Source: an uncultured virus (IMG/VR IMGVR_UViG_3300031413_000601) (Duplodnaviria > Heunggongvirae > Uroviricota > Caudoviricetes). Taken from it: 64,000 nucleotides of DNA. Position 1 is the stretch's first letter. The number at the start of each line of letters is the position of its first letter. A program made the position numbers and the translations under genes. This document shows, piece after piece, positions 46,488 through 54,695 of the stretch. The notes below the pieces were generated by a model that did not search any database, was not told the DNA's origin, and saw only the letters and a list, made by a program, of their open reading frames with translations. The stretch lies in IMG/VR virus record IMGVR_UViG_3300031413_000601. One strand, given 5' to 3'.

Positions 46488-46669
46488 GTGAGCCTCGGCT
46501 TCTGTGGATTGGCGAAGTGGGCACAAGGTGGCGATTCTCTTGTGTATTCGAGCGGACCAAAGCACTGCAAGCGTTCCAATTCAGCTGAAGTGAACATGCG
46601 GGTGGGCAGAACTTCTTCGACCAGTTCCCAGATAGGCGCCACGGGTTTGGTGATCAGGTCGCGCTTCAT
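46484..46669 (-). CDS. Hypothetical protein
   Basis: 61 aa with ATGA overlaps. Confidence 0.5.
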   Translation of the reverse strand: MKRDLITKPVAPIWELVEEVLPTRMFTSAELERLQCFGPLEYTRESPPCAHFANPQKPRLT

Positions 46670-47007
46670 GGTCGGGCTCCAGCAGCGCGGCGCACGATGC
46701 GCACCGGTGCGTGATACGGCGTGCCGCGGTAGGCTGGGCCAGCCACCTGCCCCACGTATGGCGCGGGGGCGGGTCTGGTGAGCGCGGCGCGTGCGGCGTC
46801 GGTCAGCGAGTAGATATTGCCGACCAGGCGGACGTTACCGCCGATCATGAAGTCGAAAATGTGGCGCAGCGGCGTTTCGATGCCGCCCTTGTGGATGTCG
46901 AAATTGGCGCGTTCGCAGACCTGGTAGAAGGTACCTGGGCGGTCGAGCAGCGCGAGAAGGAGCTTGTGGGAGCGGGTACCGGTTGCGGGGAAGGTAGTGC
47001 GCGTCAT
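46666..47007 (-). CDS. Hypothetical protein
   Basis: 113 aa with ATGA overlaps. Confidence 0.6.
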   Translation of the reverse strand: MTRTTFPATGTRSHKLLLALLDRPGTFYQVCERANFDIHKGGIETPLRHIFDFMIGGNVRLVGNIYSLTDAARAALTRPAPAPYVGQVAGPAYRGTPYHAPVRIVRRAAGARP

Positions 47008-47213
47008 GGTTGGCCCGCCTTTCCGTCGAGGTTATCGGCGGCGCCACGCAGTTCGTTGCGCGCTGCGTACTCGGCGCGCTGGGCGTCGCGGTCGCGTTTA
47101 TCGGCCAGGTGGGCGCGGTCTTTCTGGCGCCAGTTCTGAATTTTTCGCAAGGCTGTAGCCTCCGGCGTGCCGGATTTAGCCGGCGCCGGTTCATGTTGTG
47201 TTATATTTCGCAT
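47004..47213 (-). CDS. Hypothetical protein
   Basis: 69 aa coupled to downstream gene. Confidence 0.5.
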   Translation of the reverse strand: MRNITQHEPAPAKSGTPEATALRKIQNWRQKDRAHLADKRDRDAQRAEYAARNELRGAADNLDGKAGQP

Positions 47214-47394
47214 TGAATTTCTCTTGTGATGAGGGTTCTGAAAGCCGCGCGCCAACGCGGCTTTTTCTATTTCTGCTCCGCCTTTGCAACGTCGCGCATG
47301 ATTTGCTCGAACTGCTCGCGCGGCATGACGTGGCCGGGTTCTGGCGGCAACGCGTCGGCGCCCTGCCCTGCGGTGTCTTGCTGAGAAAGGGCCG

Positions 47395-47649
47395 TCACTT
47401 CGATTCCACCTTGCTCAGCGCTGCGCGCATCACCGCGACTGGGAAGTTGAACTGCTCGTGCGCCTTCAAGATCATGCTGTCGCCGAACGGCAGGCGGCCA
47501 TGGCGAATCTTGCTGATGACGGGTGGCGCGACCCCGAATGCACGCGCCAGCGCGGCATCATTCTTCAACTTCAGTTCCTCGGTCAGGTAGTCGAGAAGCT
47601 GGCTTGCTCCCGGCTGTGCCTGGGCTGCTATTGACATACGGTTCTCCAT
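47395..47649 (-). CDS. XRE-like HTH protein
   Basis: LLDYL...LKLKNDAALARAFGVAPPVISKIRHGRLP. Confidence 0.8.
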   Translation of the reverse strand: MENRMSIAAQAQPGASQLLDYLTEELKLKNDAALARAFGVAPPVISKIRHGRLPFGDSMILKAHEQFNFPVAVMRAALSKVESK

Positions 47650-47690
47650 CGTTTGTATCGCCGCGCGAGGCGGGGCGCGGCTTCCCGTGT

Positions 47691-48395
47691 TCAGTGGTGC
47701 GCCTGCATGGCCAACTGGTACTTGGCGAATTCGCCCGCCACCCAGCTGACACCTTTCGGCGTGAAGCGCATGCTGTTGAAGGCGTGTTCGTTCTTGGTGG
47801 AGACACCGGCCTTTACTTCGAATCGGCCGGCGTTCATGTGCTCGGCGTGCGGTGCCAACTCGCGCCCGAGGCGGTAGGCGATCTTCTTCTCCAGCAGAAA
47901 CTGCCGGAATGCGTTCTCCTTCGCCTTGAGCACCTTGCACACCTGGCGGAAGCCCAGGAGGCCCGAGGCGTCGACGTAACGATCAACAAACTCAACGGCC
48001 GGCGCGGCGGCGGCCAGCGCGGCCTGCTGCTGCTCGATCAGCTCCGCCTGCTCGGCGGCCAGGCGCAGCGCGCCCGAAAGGGTGTGCGGCACCACAGGTG
48101 CGGGAAGCGCAGCGGCGGCCTCGAGTTCCTGCCAGCGATCGACCAGGCGCGCCGTAAATAGCGGCGACAACTGCGCAACGATCACGAAGCTGTCCCGCTT
48201 CCCAACACGATAATGTCGGATAGTGCGCGGGCCGGCGCCGGGATTCGACACTTCCTCAACCTGAGGAAGTTCGATGGCGCCACTTTCGTGCAAACCGTTG
48301 ATGGTGCGCAGGACGTTGTCATGGCGCTTATCGGTCAAGTCCGCGATCTCGCGGCTGGTCATCGTTTGCGGTGCTGCTGGGTCGATCAATTTCAC
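47691..48395 (-). CDS. Antirepressor (Rha-like N-terminus, KilA-C/ANT C-terminus)
   Basis: MTSREIADLTDKRHDNVLR, LVDRWQELE, ALRLAA, P.VEFVDRY, FTPKG. Confidence 0.9.
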   Translation of the reverse strand: MKLIDPAAPQTMTSREIADLTDKRHDNVLRTINGLHESGAIELPQVEEVSNPGAGPRTIRHYRVGKRDSFVIVAQLSPLFTARLVDRWQELEAAAALPAPVVPHTLSGALRLAAEQAELIEQQQAALAAAAPAVEFVDRYVDASGLLGFRQVCKVLKAKENAFRQFLLEKKIAYRLGRELAPHAEHMNAGRFEVKAGVSTKNEHAFNSMRFTPKGVSWVAGEFAKYQLAMQAHH

Positions 48396-48442
48396 GGTGG
48401 CTCCTTTGCGTTGGTGCTATACCCGGCCGGTGTCGAAGCTAT

Positions 48443-48715
48443 TCACATGCGCATGTGATGACGCGGCGCGCTGTAGTTGGCGCGGCCCGGCAGCAACATG
48501 GCCATGTTCTGGCCAGCCTTGGGCCATTCCGCTTGCGAGCGACGCTGCTTATCATTGCGAAAACGCGCTGACCAATCGTTCGCCAGCTCGCGAAGGGTCC
48601 GGCTCTGGGATTCGCCAACTTCTGCGCATGCGGCGCTGAATTCGCGATACTCGTCCTCGTTCAGCAAGACTTTCGCGACGAGGACGCGGGGTTTCGGCAT
48701 CTTGGTTCGGTTCAT
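48443..48715 (-). CDS. Small DNA-binding protein (ribbon-helix-helix-like; CII position)
   Basis: KVLLNEDEY..F..AC...GESQSRTLRELA. Confidence 0.55.
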   Translation of the reverse strand: MNRTKMPKPRVLVAKVLLNEDEYREFSAACAEVGESQSRTLRELANDWSARFRNDKQRRSQAEWPKAGQNMAMLLPGRANYSAPRHHMRM

Positions 48716-48789
48716 GGTTTTTCCTTTAAAAGTGATTCAGGCTTTCAGGTGATGCGGATGATGCTGGTGGTACAAATTCGGATTGGTGG

Positions 48790-49161
48790 TCAGCCAGGAA
48801 GGCCGGACGAGGCGGCGCCGGTAGCAGGCGTGATGAACTCGGCGGCGTGGTCACCCTGCTTCGCCAGCACTTCGAGCAGCGTGTTTTGCTTGCGCAGCTC
48901 GGCCAGGATCAGGTCTTGGGTTTCGTCGGACATCAGTTCGGAACTCACGAACTCGCCCTCTTGCGCAAGCAGCGCGTCGTTGATCGCGGCTTCGGCGCCG
49001 CGCGCGGCGTCGCTCAGCCGGTCAATCTTCGCTATCGCGGCATCCAGCGGTGCGCTGTCGATCTCGAAGTTGAGTTCCATCGTGATGACGCTCGGCGCGA
49101 GCTTGGCCGGCGCCGGAACGTAGCCGAGCAGCTTAGCGATGCGGTTGAGTGCGGCCTTCAT
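48790..49161 (-). CDS. Hypothetical protein
   Basis: ATGA overlap with cro stop. Confidence 0.55.
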   Translation of the reverse strand: MKAALNRIAKLLGYVPAPAKLAPSVITMELNFEIDSAPLDAAIAKIDRLSDAARGAEAAINDALLAQEGEFVSSELMSDETQDLILAELRKQNTLLEVLAKQGDHAAEFITPATGAASSGLPG

Positions 49162-49394
49162 GCGGCGTCTCCAGTGCGATTGAGCTGAGTCAAGGGGGCC
49201 GCCGTCAGCGGCGCGCACGCTGTGCGATGCAACTCCGTGATCGCCAAGAGTGTGCTGCCCTTGCAGTCGTCCTGGCCATTGAGGATGCGGTTGACCGTGG
49301 GCTGCGAGGTGCCGAGTTCTTCCGCAATCTTCACTTCGCTCCAGCCGGTGGCGCTTTTGATCTCCGTGAGGAGTGTCGAAATTTTCTTGTCCAT
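49158..49394 (-). CDS. cro: Cro-like repressor
   Basis: HTH SEVKIAEELGTSQPTVNRILNG, divergent from cI. Confidence 0.88.
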   Translation of the reverse strand: MDKKISTLLTEIKSATGWSEVKIAEELGTSQPTVNRILNGQDDCKGSTLLAITELHRTACAPLTAAPLTQLNRTGDAA

Positions 49395-49400
49395 GCTCGC

Positions 49401-49477
49401 ACTCTATACGCGAATGGATAAGCAGTCAATACCTGAATGAATAGAAAGTTGTACTCGCTTATACGTGTACGTATAGT
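49401..49477. promoter_or_regulatory. OR region: three operators with divergent PR and PRM-like promoters
   Basis: 16-mers at 49405, 49428 and 49460; minus strand TTGACT-17-TAGAGT; plus strand TATAGT at 49472. Confidence 0.78.
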
Positions 49478-49484
49478 CCCGACC

Positions 49485-50195
49485 ATGACAATCGCATCCC
49501 GCCTCGACGAAGCAATGCATGAAGCTGGGTTTCCATCCCAGAGCGCGCTCGCGCGCGCATCCGGCATCCCGCAACCCACCATCAATCGAATACTGAAAGC
49601 AGTTGGAGTGAAAGGACCGGAGTCCTCGACAGTTGCCGCCCTTGCTGCAGCATGCAATGTCTCATTCAACTGGCTGAACGAGGGCATCGGCCCCAAGGCG
49701 CGCGGCAACGACGGCACCGCTACGGCGACAAACTTCCCTCACCAAAAAGTTGCTATCGCCGAGCCAGGAGATCCCAACAGCTACTTCATCAAGAAGGTTA
49801 AGTTGCAGCTGCGAGCGGGTGTGACTGGGTTTCAAACCGTCCCTGACATCTATGACGGTGACACCGTGAGCCTGGCGAAGAATTGGGCGGATCGAAAAGG
49901 GTATAACCCCAAGGCCTTGATCGCACTCACCGTGGCTGGCGAAAGCATGGAGCCAAACCTGTATGCGGGCGATGTTGTGATCGTCAACACTGCCGACATG
50001 GAGAAGAAGGACGGCGCCGTTTATGCATTTAACTACGACGGCGAAGCCGTCATTAAACGGTTAGTCAAGGAGCGCGGGGAATGGTGGCTGTTCTCGGACA
50101 ACTCTGACCAGGCAAGGCATCGTCCCAAGGGGTGCGCTAGTGTGGACTGCGGAATTATCGGCCGAGTTGTGAAGCGCGAGACTGATCACATTTAA
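49485..50195 (+). CDS. cI: CI-like repressor with S24 autopeptidase domain
   Basis: HTH SQSALARASGIPQPTINRIL, AG cleavage site (LRAG), GESMEP Ser and IKRL Lys. Confidence 0.93.
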   Translation: MTIASRLDEAMHEAGFPSQSALARASGIPQPTINRILKAVGVKGPESSTVAALAAACNVSFNWLNEGIGPKARGNDGTATATNFPHQKVAIAEPGDPNSYFIKKVKLQLRAGVTGFQTVPDIYDGDTVSLAKNWADRKGYNPKALIALTVAGESMEPNLYAGDVVIVNTADMEKKDGAVYAFNYDGEAVIKRLVKERGEWWLFSDNSDQARHRPKGCASVDCGIIGRVVKRETDHI

Positions 50196-50270
50196 CGAAG
50201 CGGTGACAATTCGATGGTTTTCCAGAAGCCAATTCTTTTTATAATAGCTGTTTGTCATTGTTAGGTAGCG

Positions 50271-50693
50271 ATGAAGATTTTAGGCATCTTGATCTTGGCT
50301 GCGGGCCTTGCCCTGGGACTTTATTCGATCACGATGGACGTCTCAGTGAGCGTAGCTGCCAGGGACTATGGGTATGGCATTCAGACGCCGGCAATGGAGG
50401 TGGCCAACCTCGACAAAATGTCGCAGCGCCAGAACCTCATGATCTTCTCCGGAATCCTTTCAGTGGTGGGAGCAATCCTCTTGGGCTTCGCCTCTATGCA
50501 GCCCAAAAGCTCGATGGCACCACCGCCTGCAGAGGCAACTCCTTCAGCCATCGATGAACACCGAGAATTTATGGATAAACTCCTCGCATCGCCCAATACG
50601 CCCGGCAGCTTCTCGATATGCCCCAAATGCAGGCATATGGGTGGCGGCGATGATGTGGCGTGCACTCGGTGCGGCGCGGTGTTGCCCGCATAG
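50271..50693 (+). CDS. Membrane protein with C-terminal zinc ribbon (immunity-region moron)
   Basis: Two TM segments; CPKC...CTRCG. Confidence 0.75.
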   Translation: MKILGILILAAGLALGLYSITMDVSVSVAARDYGYGIQTPAMEVANLDKMSQRQNLMIFSGILSVVGAILLGFASMQPKSSMAPPPAEATPSAIDEHREFMDKLLASPNTPGSFSICPKCRHMGGGDDVACTRCGAVLPA

Positions 50694-50768
50694 CAAATAG
50701 CGCGCGAGCCATCTGATGCGCGACACGCAATTCGGCCGTAGTTTACATTTAACATCCATAGGACCACC

Positions 50769-51530
50769 ATGGGATCGGTGAAGGAAAGAAAGCCCGCCGC
50801 CCGAGGGCCCGGAGCAAAGCCAACAATCAAAACACTTCTGAGCCAGCGCGAGCTTGAGAATGCCGGCGCGAATTTCGAAGCTTTCATAAAGGCCACTCGT
50901 CAGCAGAATGAACTCGCCACGGGACTATACGCTCGATTGAGCGCCCTTGGCCTGGAAGGCCTGACGACAAGGGAGGAGTTTAGAGATGCGGTGCGGGGAA
51001 CGAACTTAACCACGGAAGACGGGGCAAAACGATTTGTTGAACTTTTGGCTTTGGCTAAGGAGTTTGCGTCACTCACACCTCCGATTGAAGAAGTACCGGG
51101 CGCGAGACTCGAACCCGAAAGTTCTGTGGTTGACAGTTCACCAACAAAAGAAGAAGATCACCCTATGAGCGCTCCAACCCGCGAGGAAATCGACACCAAA
51201 CTAGAACTCATCGAAACTCGGATGGACGGGCGAGTTGCAGCCATCGAAAGCTCAGTACGAGCTGCGATCGCCGAATCGCAGGAGACCAGGCGCGACATCA
51301 AGGGTTTGAGGTGGACTATCATCTTCACCGCTGTCGCGACCGTGGTCGGGCTGTGGGGAGTAAATGCCGCAATCTTTTCGAATATGGTGGCATCGTTCGA
51401 ATCGGGCAAGAGTACGGCGACAGCGCAGGCCGAGGTGAAGAAGCAGACCGAGGAGACGGCAGCACTGATTAAACGCATGCAGGAAGATCTGGATGCCCGG
51501 AAAACAGCAGTTCCGCCGGCTGGAAAATAG
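50769..51530 (+). CDS. Membrane protein with a tape-measure-like segment, coiled coil and TM helix
   Basis: AGGA RBS; residues 53-99 align with the tape measure; REEIDTKLE...WTIIFTAVATVVGLWGV. Confidence 0.75.
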   Translation: MGSVKERKPAARGPGAKPTIKTLLSQRELENAGANFEAFIKATRQQNELATGLYARLSALGLEGLTTREEFRDAVRGTNLTTEDGAKRFVELLALAKEFASLTPPIEEVPGARLEPESSVVDSSPTKEEDHPMSAPTREEIDTKLELIETRMDGRVAAIESSVRAAIAESQETRRDIKGLRWTIIFTAVATVVGLWGVNAAIFSNMVASFESGKSTATAQAEVKKQTEETAALIKRMQEDLDARKTAVPPAGK

Positions 51531-51543
51531 CCCCCCCACCATC

Positions 51544-51566
51544 AGCCCGCAACTGCGGGCTTTTTT
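51544..51566 (+). terminator. Intrinsic terminator ending the cI transcript
   Basis: AGCCCGC-AACT-GCGGGC-TTTTTT. Confidence 0.85.
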
Positions 51567-51644
51567 GTGCCCCCCTCCCCACTGCAAGTCATTAAATCCC
51601 GTCCGCACAACTAACACCCAATGCTTGAAAATTTTTTCCCATAC

Positions 51645-51686
51645 TATCCATTCGCGTATTGACTTATCTATTCGTTCGCGTATAGT
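51645..51686 (+). promoter_or_regulatory. PL-like promoter with two operators
   Basis: TTGACT-16-TATAGT overlapped by 16-mers at 51645 and 51669 that match the OR operators. Confidence 0.8.
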
Positions 51687-51799
51687 TCAATCCATCGACA
51701 CACCAACAGCGATGGAGAAGGAATGTCACCAGCCGAACTTGCAGCACTTGCAGAAGCCCAGCACCGCGGTGATGCCGCATACGCCGCCCAGGTGCGGAA

Positions 51800-52141
51800 A
51801 TGATCGCCCTGATCGTGGGCGTACCTGGCGCCGGTAGCAGCTTCAACTTCACCGACCTGGCAGCCGAGACCGTGACCGCCGTGAAGCGCGGCGCGCGCCT
51901 GGCACTGGTCCAGCCAGCACCTGCTGCAGCAGACGGGCGCCAGACAGTGGCCCAGTTCTGCGCCGATCGCGGCGTGAAACGCACCCTCGCCGAAATGAGC
52001 GGCATCGGCCGCAGGGCTGCAGCGCTGAGCCGCGCTGACGGCCTGCTGATTGGCCGCGTTTTTGAGTGCTACGGGGAGGTGAACACCTACGAGCCGGCCG
52101 TGCTGGCCATCGCCTTCGCCGCCGCCGAGGCCGCGCAATGA
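51800..52141 (+). CDS. Hypothetical protein
   Basis: 113 aa, coupled to an upstream 26 aa ORF (51723-51803). Confidence 0.6.
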   Translation: MIALIVGVPGAGSSFNFTDLAAETVTAVKRGARLALVQPAPAAADGRQTVAQFCADRGVKRTLAEMSGIGRRAAALSRADGLLIGRVFECYGEVNTYEPAVLAIAFAAAEAAQ

Positions 52142-52509
52142 ATGCCCCGATCAACATCGCTCTACTGCAGGCCGCCGCCAGCGTCGCTCCGATCAGGCCG
52201 CGCGCCGAGCAACCGTCGGTAGCGCCCGGCAGCCGCGTGCTGGTCGTCGGCCACGAACACGACGGCGTGCTGCTGGACCTGCACGGCACGCTCGACGTAG
52301 CCGGCTATGACGTGACGGACGTGACGCTGACCGGTGAAACGGTGGCGCTGACCGTCCTCTTCTCCCGCGACCAGCTGCTGCAGTTCAACGACTGGTGCGA
52401 CCACAACTTGCCCAGCGCCCACGAGCTGCGCCTGGTATCGATCGACGAAGCGCGCATCGAGCGCCGCGAATGGGAACGCAACTTCAACGTGGAGCGCCCA
52501 CCGATGTGA
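52138..52509 (+). CDS. Hypothetical protein
   Basis: ATGA overlap with upstream gene. Confidence 0.6.
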   Translation: MNAPINIALLQAAASVAPIRPRAEQPSVAPGSRVLVVGHEHDGVLLDLHGTLDVAGYDVTDVTLTGETVALTVLFSRDQLLQFNDWCDHNLPSAHELRLVSIDEARIERREWERNFNVERPPM

Positions 52510-52560
52510 TCTCTCGCCGGATGTTGCAGGTAATTCACCCAACAAATTTAGGAGTCTATC

Positions 52561-52899
52561 GTGAAGAAAATCATTGTAGTAACCGCGCTGTTGACCGCCC
52601 TCGCCGCTCACGCAGCACCAGTCGAAAAGCAGTGCGCCGCGCTGGCCAAGGTCGCTGATGTTGTCGTGCTGTTGAAGGCCCAGGGTGCACCGGAAGCACA
52701 GGTACAGAAAGAGCTTAACGGCGAGAAGCCGGACCGCCGCCTGGGTCAAGCCATCCGCGACGTGTACGCCGGCGCCAGCTCTGCGCAGGTCAAGGCCGAA
52801 TGCCTGGCCGATGCCGCGCCGGGCCCGCTGCGCCCTGGTCGCACTCCCACTGACTCGAACGGCGCGCAATCGATCAGCGACGTGCTGATCACGCACTAA
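52561..52899 (+). CDS. Secreted hypothetical protein
   Basis: AGGAG RBS, signal peptide ending AHA, two Cys. Confidence 0.7.
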   Translation: MKKIIVVTALLTALAAHAAPVEKQCAALAKVADVVVLLKAQGAPEAQVQKELNGEKPDRRLGQAIRDVYAGASSAQVKAECLADAAPGPLRPGRTPTDSNGAQSISDVLITH

Positions 52900-53049
52900 T
52901 CCGAATGCGGTCGCCGGGCGCTGCTACCACCCGGCTAGTCATGGCCAAGCGAAGAAACCGGCCCAGTGGGATCTGAAATGCTCGCGTCGCACTCGCCCCG
53001 TGCCGCCGGCCGGCGTATCCGGCCACAACCAACCATAGAAAGGCATCAC

Positions 53050-53232
53050 ATGGCAGCAGCTACCCCGACCTCTTTCAAACCTGGCCAGAAGGTCACCGTC
53101 CGCGCCCGCAGCAAGGTCGTGACCGGCAAGTTCCTCGCAGAGCGCCCGGGCGCGAAGGGCGTGTACCTCGACATCGACCTGGGCGAAGGCAAGACCGGAA
53201 GTTACCGCCCTTCGCAGGTGCAGGCGGCGTGA
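53050..53232 (+). CDS. Small SH3-like beta protein
   Basis: FKPGQKVTV...G.F; GAAAGG RBS. Confidence 0.65.
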   Translation: MAAATPTSFKPGQKVTVRARSKVVTGKFLAERPGAKGVYLDIDLGEGKTGSYRPSQVQAA

Positions 53233-53290
53233 CACAACGGCGGCGTGCAGGCCGCCGGCACTACCCGTCCCGCGCCGGGCAAGCGCGGGA

Positions 53291-53409
53291 ACCACAAGTG
53301 ATCCGGTTGCAATAAGGGTGGACGGTCCGTCTGCAGACGCGCCGGCAATCCGCACCAACCTGCTGGTGTCGCCCGAATACGTGGGCCACGCAGCCGGATC
53401 ACTTGTGGT
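53291..53409 (+). ncRNA. Candidate multi-branched structured RNA
   Basis: 20-bp closing stem (one G-U) enclosing three hairpins in an intergenic gap. Confidence 0.55.
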
Positions 53410-53527
53410 GTAGCGCCGAAATGGGAGAAAGACGGCCCTTGAATCCCATCTAAAAACAATAGCAGCAGTAGCTGGGCCTGACCGGGGCAGAACCGGTACC
53501 AACAACGAAACGAACAGGGAGAGCGCG

Positions 53528-53776
53528 ATGCGTGAGGTGAAGATTTTCAAGTGGGAACAGCAGGTCATCGACGGCGTGCGCAAGAACGTGAAGGTGCTGG
53601 ATCAAGTGGCGTTGTTCCACCAATTCGGTCAAGAGGCCGACGATGAGGGGCACTCCAACCCGGTAGCCATCGTGGAGTGCGCTGACGGCCGTGTTGAAAC
53701 TGTGGTCGCCTGGATGATCCAGTTCGTTGACGCGCCGGGTGCTACGACCGCCGAGCCACGGGTGCGTTACGTATGA
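53528..53776 (+). CDS. Hypothetical protein
   Basis: FHQFGQE......PVAIVE..DG.V pattern; GGAG RBS. Confidence 0.7.
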   Translation: MREVKIFKWEQQVIDGVRKNVKVLDQVALFHQFGQEADDEGHSNPVAIVECADGRVETVVAWMIQFVDAPGATTAEPRVRYV

Positions 53777-53997
53777 ACAACGCCCGCCACATCACCGCAG
53801 GCCGTGCCTCGCGCCTCGCCGTGTCGAGCGCCCTGGCCTTCGACTACCAGGACAGTGGCTTTGAGGATGCGCTCACCGTCGGCAACCTCGACGCGGCTGA
53901 GCACGTGCCCGCCGGCTGCTGCTACGGCGCGCCCGCCACCGCCAGCCGCAACGCCATCCGCCTGCAACTGACCGACCGTGAAGGAGCCGCATCTTGA
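53773..53997 (+). CDS. Hypothetical protein
   Basis: ATGA overlap. Confidence 0.5.
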   Translation: MNNARHITAGRASRLAVSSALAFDYQDSGFEDALTVGNLDAAEHVPAGCCYGAPATASRNAIRLQLTDREGAAS

Positions 53998-54237
53998 AGA
54001 CTCGCTACATCCGCGCCGCGCTGGTCGGCGCCACCGCCGGCTTTGTCTTGGGTAGTGCCGTCGCCGGCGCGCTCTGGTTCGGCGCCCTGCAATCGGCGGT
54101 GTCGCCATGATCTACCAGCTCACCATCAAGCACGCGGACGGCAGCACCGAGCGCCGCACGGCCATCGGCAAGCTGGCCGCCATTGTTGACGCGCTGTACG
54201 ACGCTGGCGCGCTGGGCGTAACCGCCATGGTGCGCAC

Positions 54238-54507
54238 GTGAGCGCCCTGGAGCCGGGCCTGGTCGCCCAATTGCTGGCGCACGAGGCGGCGCCGGCCGAG
54301 AAGGCGCTGCGCAAAATCGTCTCGCTGTTCACCGACAACGCATTCATGAGCGGCCACGAGCTGCGCGTGATGGAAATCGCGATGGAGGGCCTGGGCGCGT
54401 CGGCGAGTGAGCGGCGCTTGGCAGTCGAGGCGGCGATCCAGTTGCGGCGCAACAGGGTCATGGGCCGCTACACCGAACAAGGAAGGGTCGGTCATGAAGC
54501 TGCGTGA
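54238..54507 (+). CDS. Hypothetical protein
   Basis: 89 aa in a coupled run of small ORFs. Confidence 0.55.
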   Translation: MSALEPGLVAQLLAHEAAPAEKALRKIVSLFTDNAFMSGHELRVMEIAMEGLGASASERRLAVEAAIQLRRNRVMGRYTEQGRVGHEAA

Positions 54508-54628
54508 AATCCTGACCGTCGGCGCCCTGCTCACCCTGGTGGCGGCCACCTACGGCTACATGCAGCAAGCCGATGCCCGCGCTGCGCAGCACGAGCAAGA
54601 AATCTGGACCGGCAAGGTCGATAAGTAG
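54494..54628 (+). CDS. Small membrane peptide
   Basis: 44 aa with N-terminal TM segment. Confidence 0.5.
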   Translation: MKLREILTVGALLTLVAATYGYMQQADARAAQHEQEIWTGKVDK

Positions 54629-54695
54629 CCGGCGCCGCAGCACCACGAATTTTTCCGCCACCGGCGGCAACAACGAAGTCCACCTGGAGAGAAGT

